64,000 bases of DNA. Source: Spirochaetia bacterium. GTDB lineage: Bacteria > Spirochaetota > Spirochaetia > SZUA-6 > Bin103. The translations under genes and the position numbers were made by a program. The DNA lies in assembly GCA_965208575.1 (NCBI GenBank), contig CBDBOV010000006.1, positions 1,088,001 to 1,152,000 of the forward strand. Direction: 5' to 3'. Every line of letters begins with the position of its first letter. Within the stretch, counting starts at the first letter, position 1. Positions 38,787 to 47,502 of this stretch are shown here, in pieces. The notes beneath the pieces are model-generated. The model did not search any database, was not told the origin of the DNA, and saw only the letters and a list, made by a program, of their open reading frames with translations.

Positions 38787-39638
38787 CTAGCTTGACGGGA
38801 CCTCCATCACGGCATCCACGGTGGCCTGCTCGCCGATGCCGACCGTAACGCTCACGGTCTGCGCCGGCAGCCGCTCGTGCCAGATCTCCACCTCGTAGGT
38901 GCCGGCCGGCAACCCGCTGATCGTGAACGTGCCGTCCTCGCCGGTAACCGCGAAATAGGGGTGGTCGAACACCGCCGCCCAGGCGTTCATCCAGGGGTGC
39001 ACGTCGCACTTGATCGCGAACGGCGCCGGCTCCGCCTTGTCGAACACCTTTTCCAGCTCGGTGCGGAACTGCGGCATCGCCTCGTTGAACTCGGCGTTCA
39101 CCTTGGAAAACGCATGCACGTTGTGCAGCGTGCCGTCCGGATTGAGAATCTTCAGCGTCTGTCCGACGCGCAGGCCGAACACGTGCGGCGCGTACTGGCA
39201 GCCGCCCTGGTCGAACTCGACCACCGCGTCGGGCGTGTCGTGATCCATGTCCGGCAGCGAGGCGCTCGTGATCTGCACCATCACGTTGGCAATGGCCTGC
39301 CCCTCGCCGAGCACCAGCACCTGGCGGCGCCGCGGATTCTCCTGGTTCTTCTCGTCGCAGATCGGATCGGCGGCCATGTCGAGCACCGCCATCTCCGGAG
39401 CGTCGCCATTGAAGGTCACGGTGCCGCTGATGGATGCGTTGTTGGTATCGGTTTCGGTCGCCGCCGCGGGCGCTTCGGCACTCGTCGATGCTCCGGACCC
39501 GGATGCGGAGGCGCCGCCGCCTTCGTCGTCGTCGCCGCAGCCGGCGAGCAGCAGTGCCAGCGCGAGGACCGGGAGGAACCGGAGATGGGAGGTGAACGAG
39601 AGTTTCGGCGCGGCGTAGCGCAGGAACCTGGTGCGCAT
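38787..39638 (-). CDS. Lipoprotein with cupredoxin-like copper site and carboxypeptidase-regulatory-like domain
   Basis: Lipobox LLAG-C; HNVH and CDVHPWM (His/Cys/His/Met type-1 Cu ligand pattern); DGTFTISGLPAGTYEV; 15 bp upstream of coxA. Confidence 0.8.
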   Translation of the reverse strand: MRTRFLRYAAPKLSFTSHLRFLPVLALALLLAGCGDDDEGGGASASGSGASTSAEAPAAATETDTNNASISGTVTFNGDAPEMAVLDMAADPICDEKNQENPRRRQVLVLGEGQAIANVMVQITSASLPDMDHDTPDAVVEFDQGGCQYAPHVFGLRVGQTLKILNPDGTLHNVHAFSKVNAEFNEAMPQFRTELEKVFDKAEPAPFAIKCDVHPWMNAWAAVFDHPYFAVTGEDGTFTISGLPAGTYEVEIWHERLPAQTVSVTVGIGEQATVDAVMEVPSS

Positions 39639-39900
39639 GTTCGGTAGGGCCTCCTCGGGGGATGACGGGTCGGATATGCGGATCGGCGGACGCAATTGCC
39701 CTCCGATCCGGCGTCCTTCGGGTTGCGGCGCGCAAAGCAAGACCGGCTGCCCGAGTTCTGCAAGAAGCTACGTCAGCGCCCGGCGGACTGTCAACCGCAA
39801 GTGGCCCGCCCCGGCCCGCGTTGCGGCCTCCCTCGGGCAGCCGGCGGCGGCATCTTCGGCGTGCGGCGCGGGGCCGCACGCGACGGGCCGAAAACCGGCG

Positions 39901-40404
39901 CTACGGCTGCGGTTCACGGCGCGGGCGCTGCCGGTCGCGCCGGTCGCGCCGGTCGCGCCGTTTCTCGTAGCCCTCGGCCATGTGGTGGCGGAACGGCAGG
40001 ATGCGGTCCGGGACCGGTACGCCGCGAAATTCGGCGCGGCACAGGTAGCACACCGCCATCATCGGCACGCCGCGATAGATCAGCAGGTCGACCAGCGCCA
40101 GCACCATCAGGCTGATCCCGTACGTGAACGGCACCAGGATCGCGCCCACCACCACGAGCCCGATGCCCAGTACGCGCGGAAACGCCTTCTGGCGGAAAAA
40201 GCGGCGGCAGCCGCAGATCGGACACTCCTCGAAGTCGGCGGCCGCCGTCACGTCGTAGCTGCGCCGGCAGGTGCCGCACGCCAACTCGCCGGCCTGCCCG
40301 CCGACGGCCAGCGGCGCGCCGCAGCCGTCGCACTCGGCGCGCACCTGCAGCCGTCCCTCGCCGCCGCCCGTGCCGCCCGCGCCGGAGCGGCGCGCCGCCG
40401 TCAC
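39901..40404 (-). CDS. Cys-rich (four CxxC) zinc-ribbon membrane protein
   Basis: 3' part of ORF 39901..41160; GTG overlaps the upstream TGA (GTGA); CDGC, CGTC, CPIC, two TM, CYLC. Confidence 0.7.
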   Translation of the reverse strand: MTAARRSGAGGTGGGEGRLQVRAECDGCGAPLAVGGQAGELACGTCRRSYDVTAAADFEECPICGCRRFFRQKAFPRVLGIGLVVVGAILVPFTYGISLMVLALVDLLIYRGVPMMAVCYLCRAEFRGVPVPDRILPFRHHMAEGYEKRRDRRDRRDRQRPRREPQP

Positions 40405-41216
40405 AGCACCACCCCGTAGCGCAGCAGGAAGAACCGGTAGGAGAAGTCGCCGATGATCGCCGCCACCACCACCACGTACAGGATGCCGGTGGCGGCCTGC
40501 GTGGACTTGGCGCGCAGGGTGCGCTGCACCAGCACGTTGGCGGCGAGCGGAAACAGCACGCCGAAGAACACCGCCACCGCCACCAGGAAGCCGTCCAGGG
40601 TGGCCACGAACGCGTGCAGCGGCAGCGGATAGCCCTGGTACGGAACACCCGCGGTGGCCAGCGCCACCGCGTCCCACACCAGGCGCAGCGCCAGCAGCGC
40701 CGTGTACACGGTGACCGCGCGCGCCAGGATGGCGATCGGCAGCCGCTCCACGTTCAGGTACCAGTGGCCGAGCACCATGCAGTACAGCGCCATGCCCAGC
40801 GTGAGCCCGCCGAGCAGGGTCAGCGCGGCGGCCCCGGCCGGCGCGGCCGCCGGCGGCGTGCGCGCCACCGCCGCGGCCGCGGTCACCAGCGCGCCCAGCA
40901 GCGAGGGCAGCGCCACCAGCGGCAGGTTGGGCCGCGGGCGCTCCCATTGGCTCCAGGTCACCGCCAGCAGGCCCACCAGCCACACGCCGGCCAGCACCGG
41001 CAGCGCGGCCGGCGGCAGCCACGGCGCGCGGCCGGCGGCGGCCGGCGGCCCCGCGAACAGCAGCGCGAACAGCCCCAGGCTGAGCAGGAAGCAGGCGACG
41101 CCCAGGTTGAACCGGTAGAAGCCGCGGTCGATGGCGGCGCCGGCATTGGCCAGGAAGCACAGCGGGTACGCCATCGCAAAGGCCAGGAAGCCGCTCAGCG
41201 ACAGTTCGGTCAGCAC
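40401..41216 (-). CDS. Multi-pass membrane protein of unknown function (MVLGHWYL motif)
   Basis: About 8 hydrophobic segments; conserved-looking GHWYL and STQAATGILYV; coupled to both neighbours. Confidence 0.75.
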   Translation of the reverse strand: MLTELSLSGFLAFAMAYPLCFLANAGAAIDRGFYRFNLGVACFLLSLGLFALLFAGPPAAAGRAPWLPPAALPVLAGVWLVGLLAVTWSQWERPRPNLPLVALPSLLGALVTAAAAVARTPPAAAPAGAAALTLLGGLTLGMALYCMVLGHWYLNVERLPIAILARAVTVYTALLALRLVWDAVALATAGVPYQGYPLPLHAFVATLDGFLVAVAVFFGVLFPLAANVLVQRTLRAKSTQAATGILYVVVVAAIIGDFSYRFFLLRYGVVL

Positions 41217-41229
41217 CCCGTGATGCGCC

Positions 41230-43704
41230 TCACAGCGACTTCACCGCGGCCTCGATCTGCCGCGTGGCGTCAATGTAGGAGGTGCCCGGCGGAAACGTGA
41301 GCGGCGCCCCGAAACGCACCGCAACCCGGGTCCGGAAACGGCGCCGGCGCGGTTCGCTGACCAGGTGCACGGGCACCACCGGGGTGTGCGACTCGACCGC
41401 CAGCATGCCGGTGCCGCTCTGGAACGGCAGCATCGGCCGCCCGACGCGCTGTTCGCCCTCCGGAAAGATCACCACGCTCCAGCCGGAGTCCATCAGCCGG
41501 CCCATGTGCTCCAGGCTGGCGCGAATCGCGTTCTCGCGCGACAGCGGAAACGCGTTGGCGACCAGCGCCGCGAAGATGCCGGTCAGCCGTTTGCCGAAGG
41601 TGATCTCCGCGGCCGCCGCGAACGACAGGTGGCGCCGCCACGCCGGCGGCGTGGCCTTGGCCAGCACCATGCTGTCGCCGCGCACCGCGTTGTGGTTGGC
41701 GGCGAACAGCAGCGGGCCGCCGGTGCCGGCGGGCAGGTGCTCCAGGCCGCTGGCCCGCACGCGGTAGCGGACGCTGAACAGGGGAAACACCACCACCCGG
41801 TGGAGCACCTCGCGCAGCAGCGAGAACCACACGCTCAGCGGCCAGGTGTAGAACGGCGGCAGCGCCGCCCTGGCCTGCGCCTGGGAGTCGAGCAACTTCT
41901 GCAGCTCCGCGAACGTGGTCTGCGAGCCCACCAGCGACTCGTCGATGTAGACGCCCATCTCCTGCTCGATGATCGACAGCATCTCCACCCGCTTCAGCGA
42001 GTCGAGGTCCAGGTCGCCGCCGACGGTGTGCTCCGGCAGCACCTGCTCCTGCGCCACGCCGCTCACCTCCGAGACCAGCCGCACCAGGCGCTCCCTGGGG
42101 TCGCCGGCGGCCGCGGCCGGCGCGCGCGGCCCGGCCGCGGGAGCGGCGCTCGGCAGTCCCGCGCTCAGGGCGTCGACCAGGACCGCCTTCTTCACCTTCA
42201 GCGTGTGGGTGCGCGGAAAGTCCGCCTCCGGCCACACGGTGTGGCCGCGGATCTGCTGATGCTCGGCCAGCGCGCGGTTCGCTTCGGCCACGATGTGCGG
42301 CGCCCGCGCGGGCTCCTCCAGCAGGAACACGGCGTGCACCTGGGTGTCCTGGCCCTGCTTCAGCCCCACCACCGTGGCGTCGGTCACCGCCGGGATGCGA
42401 TGCAATACCGCCTCGATGTCCTCCGGAAACACGTTCTGGCCGTTGGCGAGCACGATCATCTCCTTGACCCGCCCGCGAATGTGCAGGTGCCCGGCATCGT
42501 CGATGTACCCGATGTCGCCGGTCCGGTACCAGTCGCCGTCGAACGCGGCGGCGGTCTGCTCCGGCGCCTGCCAGTAGCCGGGGGTTATGTTGGGGCCGCG
42601 CACCTGGATCTCGCCGCCGGCGGCGATGCGCACGTCGACGCCGGGCACCGGCGGGCCGACCGAGTCGAAGCGCGCCTCGGTCAGCGAGTGGCAACTGATC
42701 ACCGGCGACGCCTCGGTGGCGCCGTAGCCCTGCAGCACGCTGACCCCGAGCAGGTGCCACTTCTCGCCGAGCGCCTGGTCGAGCGCCGCGCCGCCGGAGA
42801 CCACGATGCGCAGGTGGCCGCCGAAGCGCGCGTGCACCTGGCGAAACAGCAGCCGGCGCAGCGCCACCGGCAGCCGGCGCGCCAGCTTCATCAGCAGATC
42901 CCAGGCGTGCTGCTTGCCGCGGTTGGCCACTTCGCGCTCGATGCTCTTCATGAACAGGTCGAGCGCCTGCGGCACCAGCAGCATCATGTTGACGCGCCGC
43001 TCCTGCATCGTCTTGAGCAGGATCGCCGGCTGCCGGCTGGTCACGAAGGTGATGCTCGCGCCGCAGCCGAGGCCGGCGAACAGCGAGCCCATCTGCTCGA
43101 ACATGTGGCTCAGCGGCAGCAGGCTCAGCATCCGGAACGAGGCATCACCGGGAATCACCTGCTGCACCGACGCGAGGTTGGCCATCAGGTTGCCGTGCGT
43201 CAGCAGCACTCCCTTGGCGTCGCCGGTGGTGCCCGAGGTGAACATGATCTCGGCCAGGTCGTCGCCGGCGAGCGAAGCGGGCTCGGCCGCCGGCCGGTCG
43301 TAGATCAGGCCTTCCAGGTCCTCGAACAGGATCGCCGGCAGGCCGAGAGCGGCATCACCCCCGGTAGCGTGCGCGGTGATCGCCAGCGACGGCGCCGTCC
43401 GGGCAATCACCTGCCGCACGAAGTCGGCCGTGGAGCGCATGTCCAGCGGCACCAGGACCGCGCCGATGCGCAGGCATCCGAAGAAGGCGAACACCCAATG
43501 CGGTGCGTTGGGGCCCCACAGGATGACCCGGTCGCCCTTGCCCACGCCGCGCTCGCGCAGCAGCGCGGCCACTTGCGCACAGGCGTGGCGCAATGCCCGG
43601 TAGCTCCACACGCGGTAGCGGAACCCCGGCTTGAACAGGAGCGCCGGGCGGTCGCCGAACCGGCGCACGATGTCGTCCAGGAAGTCGTTGACCGTCAGAT
43701 GCAT
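41230..43704 (-). CDS. Long-chain acyl-AMP/CoA ligase-acyl carrier protein-lysophospholipid acyltransferase fusion (Aas-like)
   Basis: AMP-binding FTSGTTGDAKG, QGYGATE, YRTGD, T.TLKVKK; ACP DLDSL; acyltransferase ANH.....D and IFPEG; start taken at ATG 43704. Confidence 0.88.
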   Translation of the reverse strand: MHLTVNDFLDDIVRRFGDRPALLFKPGFRYRVWSYRALRHACAQVAALLRERGVGKGDRVILWGPNAPHWVFAFFGCLRIGAVLVPLDMRSTADFVRQVIARTAPSLAITAHATGGDAALGLPAILFEDLEGLIYDRPAAEPASLAGDDLAEIMFTSGTTGDAKGVLLTHGNLMANLASVQQVIPGDASFRMLSLLPLSHMFEQMGSLFAGLGCGASITFVTSRQPAILLKTMQERRVNMMLLVPQALDLFMKSIEREVANRGKQHAWDLLMKLARRLPVALRRLLFRQVHARFGGHLRIVVSGGAALDQALGEKWHLLGVSVLQGYGATEASPVISCHSLTEARFDSVGPPVPGVDVRIAAGGEIQVRGPNITPGYWQAPEQTAAAFDGDWYRTGDIGYIDDAGHLHIRGRVKEMIVLANGQNVFPEDIEAVLHRIPAVTDATVVGLKQGQDTQVHAVFLLEEPARAPHIVAEANRALAEHQQIRGHTVWPEADFPRTHTLKVKKAVLVDALSAGLPSAAPAAGPRAPAAAAGDPRERLVRLVSEVSGVAQEQVLPEHTVGGDLDLDSLKRVEMLSIIEQEMGVYIDESLVGSQTTFAELQKLLDSQAQARAALPPFYTWPLSVWFSLLREVLHRVVVFPLFSVRYRVRASGLEHLPAGTGGPLLFAANHNAVRGDSMVLAKATPPAWRRHLSFAAAAEITFGKRLTGIFAALVANAFPLSRENAIRASLEHMGRLMDSGWSVVIFPEGEQRVGRPMLPFQSGTGMLAVESHTPVVPVHLVSEPRRRRFRTRVAVRFGAPLTFPPGTSYIDATRQIEAAVKSL

Positions 43705-43956
43705 GGTGCACCACCGCCGCCATCGACGCCCCGCACTGCGCCGGCACACCCCTCGATCGCGACCGGATCGACACCAGTTCTCACCTGCAGCATGGCCCAT
43801 GCTACCACGCCCGCCGGTGCATGGTGGCGTGCCGCGCCGCGCCCGGTCTCCTTCAGGACGCGGCCGGCGATCGCGCGGGGGGCCGTGCAGGCGGAAGCGG
43901 TCCTCTCATGATGCCCGGGAGCATGTTCCCGCCGCGTTCGAGTCAGTCGCCACCGA

Positions 43957-45168
43957 TCAGTCGTTGTCGATCAGCGTCAGCGTCCTCACGCCCGTCGCAG
44001 GGTGGCGCTCGTAGCCGGTGCCCGGCATCACCACGCCGCCGACATACATTTTCCCGGTACCGGTTTGTTTCGTACTGTCGTCCGGGGCTGTTACGGAAAA
44101 GCTTGTCGTGCCGGACGACGCGGAGATCGTGACCTGCCGCGGCGTACCCGGCCAATCGGAGGAGGTGACCTGAGGCTCGCCCGGCAGGGGGTTGACGACG
44201 GGGCGCTGCACAAACCACTTCAAAGTGACCACCAGGTCGGACGGCGGCGTCGGAGCCGCGGTCAGCGTGAACGATATGGTGGCGCCCTCAACCACTTGCG
44301 ATCGGTCTGCCAGGATGCTCACGTCCGACCTCGGCACGTGAGGTACCGGTCGTGAGGGCGGAGGCGAGGGCGGGGCGCCCACGGGAGCGGCTCGGTCGTT
44401 GTCGGTGACGGCGACGGTCGCCGTGCTCTGCGAGCCGACCGTGTAGCCGCTGCCGGCTGCGACGGTGACCGTCACCGAGCCGTCCGACTCCTCCGCACTG
44501 TCGTCGGGGATGGTCAACGACAGTGCGGCCGTTCCGGTCGTCGGGATGGTGAACGTCTCCGGCCGACTCGCGGGCAGGAACGAGCCCTGCTCCGACCAAC
44601 TCACGGTCACGGTCAAGTCGGACACGGGCGCCGGCGTCGCGGTCAGCATGAACGAAACCTCGCCGCCCTCGGTGACGGTCGATGCGCTCGCCTCGACCGT
44701 CACCACCGGCTGCACGGGCTGTTCCGGCTGTTCCGGCTGTTCCGGTGTCAGCGTGGCGCTCGCCGACACGGCGGCCGCCCCGCCGGTCCGGTAGCCCCCG
44801 CCTTCAGCGAGCGCGGCGGTCACCTCGCACCCCGCTTCTCCCACCCGGGCGCCGGTCGTCGGCACCGTCAGCGTGGCCTGCGACGTGCCGGCGGCGATCG
44901 TCACCGTCTCCGGCGCATCGATCAGCGCGCAGCCGGAGGAAGTGATCCTGACGCCGACGGCCAGGTCCGCCGGCGGCGCCGGTGCCGCCCGCACCACGAA
45001 CTGCATTGGGGCACCCGCCGCCACCGAATCCGTCACCCGTGCAATGGAGACCACGGGGGTTTGCGAAACCGAACCCATACCCTGCTGACACGCGGCGAGT
45101 GCCAGGAGCAGGAGCGGCGCCAGTGCGGCGGGAATCCAAGCCGGACGGCAGAAATACGACTCTCTCAC
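43957..45168 (-). CDS. Calx-beta domain lipoprotein
   Basis: Lipobox LALAA-C; three beta-sandwich repeats (VTEGGEVSF, PDDSAEESDG, TVAVTDND; ends LIDND); Pro-rich linkers. Confidence 0.78.
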   Translation of the reverse strand: MRESYFCRPAWIPAALAPLLLLALAACQQGMGSVSQTPVVSIARVTDSVAAGAPMQFVVRAAPAPPADLAVGVRITSSGCALIDAPETVTIAAGTSQATLTVPTTGARVGEAGCEVTAALAEGGGYRTGGAAAVSASATLTPEQPEQPEQPVQPVVTVEASASTVTEGGEVSFMLTATPAPVSDLTVTVSWSEQGSFLPASRPETFTIPTTGTAALSLTIPDDSAEESDGSVTVTVAAGSGYTVGSQSTATVAVTDNDRAAPVGAPPSPPPSRPVPHVPRSDVSILADRSQVVEGATISFTLTAAPTPPSDLVVTLKWFVQRPVVNPLPGEPQVTSSDWPGTPRQVTISASSGTTSFSVTAPDDSTKQTGTGKMYVGGVVMPGTGYERHPATGVRTLTLIDND

Positions 45169-45194
45169 AGTGACGACAGGGTACTGCCATTGGA

Positions 45195-45245
45195 ACGTTC
45201 ATTCCATCATAAAAAGATAAATTCTTGGTAAACATAACGTACATT
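45195..45245 (-). promoter_or_regulatory. AT-rich putative promoter upstream of the Calx-beta lipoprotein
   Basis: AT-rich patch ~30-75 bp upstream of the GTG; contains TATCTTTTTATGA on the minus strand. Confidence 0.5.
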
Positions 45246-45360
45246 CCATCAGCACCTGCGGAGTGCCGTCGCCGGACGGCATTCGGGTGCGGCCACGACC
45301 AGCCCGGGCAGCGGGCGGGCGGAACACCACCGGGAACCGGGAGCAACTCCTGGAGGTGCG

Positions 45361-46050
45361 CTACGCGAGCCCGACCACCGTGACGACGATGCCCAGGACG
45401 ACGAACGCCACGGCGCCCATCCATTGGAGCGCGGCGAAGCGCTTGTTCATGTCCTCGAAGCGCCTGTTGACGTCCTCGAACCGCTTGTTGACGTCCTCGA
45501 AGCGCTTGTTCACGTCGTCGAACCGCTTGTTCACGTCGTCGAAGCGCTTGTTCACGTCGTCGAAGCGCTTGTTCACGTCGTCGAACCGTTTGTCCACCGC
45601 CGCGAACCGCCGGTCGAGGTTGGCGTTCATGTCCTCGAACCGCTTGTCCACCGCCGCGAACCGCCGGTCGAGGTTGGCGTTCATTTCCTCGAACCGCTTG
45701 TCCGCCGCCGCGAACCGCCGGTCGAGGTTGGCGTTCATGTCCTCGAACCGCTTGTCCGCCGCCGCGAACCGCCGGTCGAGGTTGGCGTTCATGTCCTCGA
45801 ACCGCTTGTCCACCGCCGCGAAGCCGGCCTGCATCAACTCGCGCTGCGCCTTGAACTCCTGCTCCCAGCGCTCCTCGGACCGCGCCAGGTGCGATTCGAC
45901 CCGGACCAGGTTGTCTTCCACGCGGGCGACGAGGCGGTCGGCAAAGGCGCGCGACTCGGCGAAGCCGGGTGTGGCCTCCATCATCAATTCCGGGAGCATG
46001 CCGCGGACGTGTTCGACGATGTCCCGAAGGTCGGTGTCGGTGAGCGCCAT
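45361..46050 (-). CDS. Coiled-coil repeat protein with C-terminal membrane anchor (DUF1640/CCDC90-like architecture)
   Basis: Head, then 4x DKRFEDMNANLDRRFAA(A/V), ~7x F(D/E)DVNKR, then a C-terminal TM WMGAVAFVVLGIVVTVVG. Confidence 0.8.
   Translation of the reverse strand: MALTDTDLRDIVEHVRGMLPELMMEATPGFAESRAFADRLVARVEDNLVRVESHLARSEERWEQEFKAQRELMQAGFAAVDKRFEDMNANLDRRFAAADKRFEDMNANLDRRFAAADKRFEEMNANLDRRFAAVDKRFEDMNANLDRRFAAVDKRFDDVNKRFDDVNKRFDDVNKRFDDVNKRFEDVNKRFEDVNRRFEDMNKRFAALQWMGAVAFVVLGIVVTVVGLA
45436..45822 (-). repeat. Intragenic tandem repeats: ~7x 21 bp and 4x 54 bp
   Basis: gcttgttcacgtcgtcgaa(g/c)c units, followed by 54-bp units cgcgaaccgccggtcgaggttggcgttcat...cttgtcc(a/g)ccgc. 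Confidence 0.9.
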
Positions 46051-46164
46051 GGTGGTGTCGGTGTCGACAGCATAGCCGAGGAACGGTGCACTGGCAATGC
46101 GCCGGCGCGTTCGAAGTACGTTCGAGGCCGGGACCGGGCCGCCGGGAACGCTTGCGGACCGCCG

Positions 46165-47217
46165 TCACTCGCGCCGGCTGCCGGGAGCCGACCGGTGCGG
46201 CGCGCGCAGGGCGGCGCGCACGGCGGGGAGGTACGGGCGGCTGATCGGCAGGTGCGCGCCGCCGCTGAGGCGCAGCATGGTGCGACCCTCGCGGCGTACC
46301 GTGGCGAGCATGTGGCGGTGAGCGGCCCAGTAGGAGCGGTGCACCTGCATGCCCAGGTCGCCGAGATCGGCGACCGCGTCCGCGAAGCGCATCAGAACGA
46401 GGCAGGATCCGCCGCTGGTATGAACGTGGATGTAGTGATCGTCCACCTTCAGGTAGATGATGTCACGGCTTACCGCTTGCGACAGCCGGGAATAGAACCG
46501 TGCCTGCCGCGCGGTGGGGCGCTCCCGCGCGGTGGTTCGCGCATCGGGCGGGGGCGTGGCCGGCGCAGATCCGGCCGCGGCGACGTGCGGCGGGTGGTCC
46601 GGGACGGTGCCGCCGGACCTGGTGCCGGCATCGGGCCGCGCCGAGTCGCCGGGAGTGGTGGCGCCGGCGGAGCCGGCCGGCTCTGCCGGCGGGCCGGTCG
46701 CCGCGCCATGCGCCGCGTCGTGCGCAGGACGCTCCGCAATGGCGGCGGCGGCCCTGATCCGCTGGAACATCACGAAGTGGACGAAGAACGTGCACACGGC
46801 AACCACGATCGTGACGGTCAGGTAGGTGTTCACCAGCGAGCGGGGACCCTCGTGCGCGGGGCGAAAGAGGATGTCGGCGGTTGCCACCACCGACGTGCAG
46901 ACCAGGCCCTCGAACAGCACGGCCGCCGCGACTGCCGGCAGCATCTCGACCAGCGACCCGCGCCTGGTCAGGTAGAGCACCACCGCCGCGAGGGCGTAGC
47001 AGAGGGGAAACGTCACGGCGGCGCACAACGCCCAATACGCGGCACGCCGCAGCGGCCGGAGGGTCTCCAACGTGCCGAGCGGACCGAAGATCGTCATCGC
47101 CACGACAAACAGCGCCACGCTGGCGATCGCGATCGCGACCGTCCGCGGCGCGAGCAGTTCACGGTACGCGGCACGCCACAACCCGCGCTCGGTCGCCCAA
47201 CCTGCAATTCGCGGCAT
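46165..47217 (-). CDS. Membrane-anchored LytTR-family DNA-binding regulator (no receiver domain)
   Basis: Four N-terminal TM helices, Pro/Ala linker, LytTR domain DIIYLKVDDHY...QVHRSYW...ISRPY; ATG 47217 after GAGGA. Confidence 0.85.
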   Translation of the reverse strand: MPRIAGWATERGLWRAAYRELLAPRTVAIAIASVALFVVAMTIFGPLGTLETLRPLRRAAYWALCAAVTFPLCYALAAVVLYLTRRGSLVEMLPAVAAAVLFEGLVCTSVVATADILFRPAHEGPRSLVNTYLTVTIVVAVCTFFVHFVMFQRIRAAAAIAERPAHDAAHGAATGPPAEPAGSAGATTPGDSARPDAGTRSGGTVPDHPPHVAAAGSAPATPPPDARTTARERPTARQARFYSRLSQAVSRDIIYLKVDDHYIHVHTSGGSCLVLMRFADAVADLGDLGMQVHRSYWAAHRHMLATVRREGRTMLRLSGGAHLPISRPYLPAVRAALRAPHRSAPGSRRE

Positions 47218-47252
47218 CGATTCCTCTATCGCCGGCCCTTGGCGGGAAAACC

Positions 47253-47297
47253 GGCCCAACTGGCCCAACTGGCCCAACTGGCCCAACTGGCCCAACC
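47253..47297. repeat. 9-bp tandem repeat (GGCCCAACT) x5 upstream of the LytTR gene
   Basis: Four exact units plus a fifth ending in C, directly visible at 47253-47297. Confidence 0.92.
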
Positions 47298-47502
47298 GGC
47301 ACTGTGGCCCCGCTGACCGCATGACGATGCGCATCCGGGACCGGCGCAATACATGAATCGCGCACGCCGAGGGTGCTGTTCACGAACACGACCGCGGTGA
47401 TTCGCCCCACTCACGAATCTTTCATCACAATCGCGAATCTATTGCGCAAAGCACGTATCGATAGCGCGCAGGGAGGCCGCTAGTCAAGTAGGATTCCCGG
47501 CC

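Noticed and set aside
39931-39960. Short repeats (ccggtcgcg)3, also (ggctgttcc)3 at ~44718-44744 and a 21-bp duplication at ~11150-11190
   Set aside because: In-frame micro-duplications in tails or linkers (RRD, PEQ, MRRLPxx); no frameshift potential.
45436-45822. Possible CRISPR array
   Set aside because: Units are contiguous without unique spacers, are multiples of 3 and encode a coiled coil; no cas genes.
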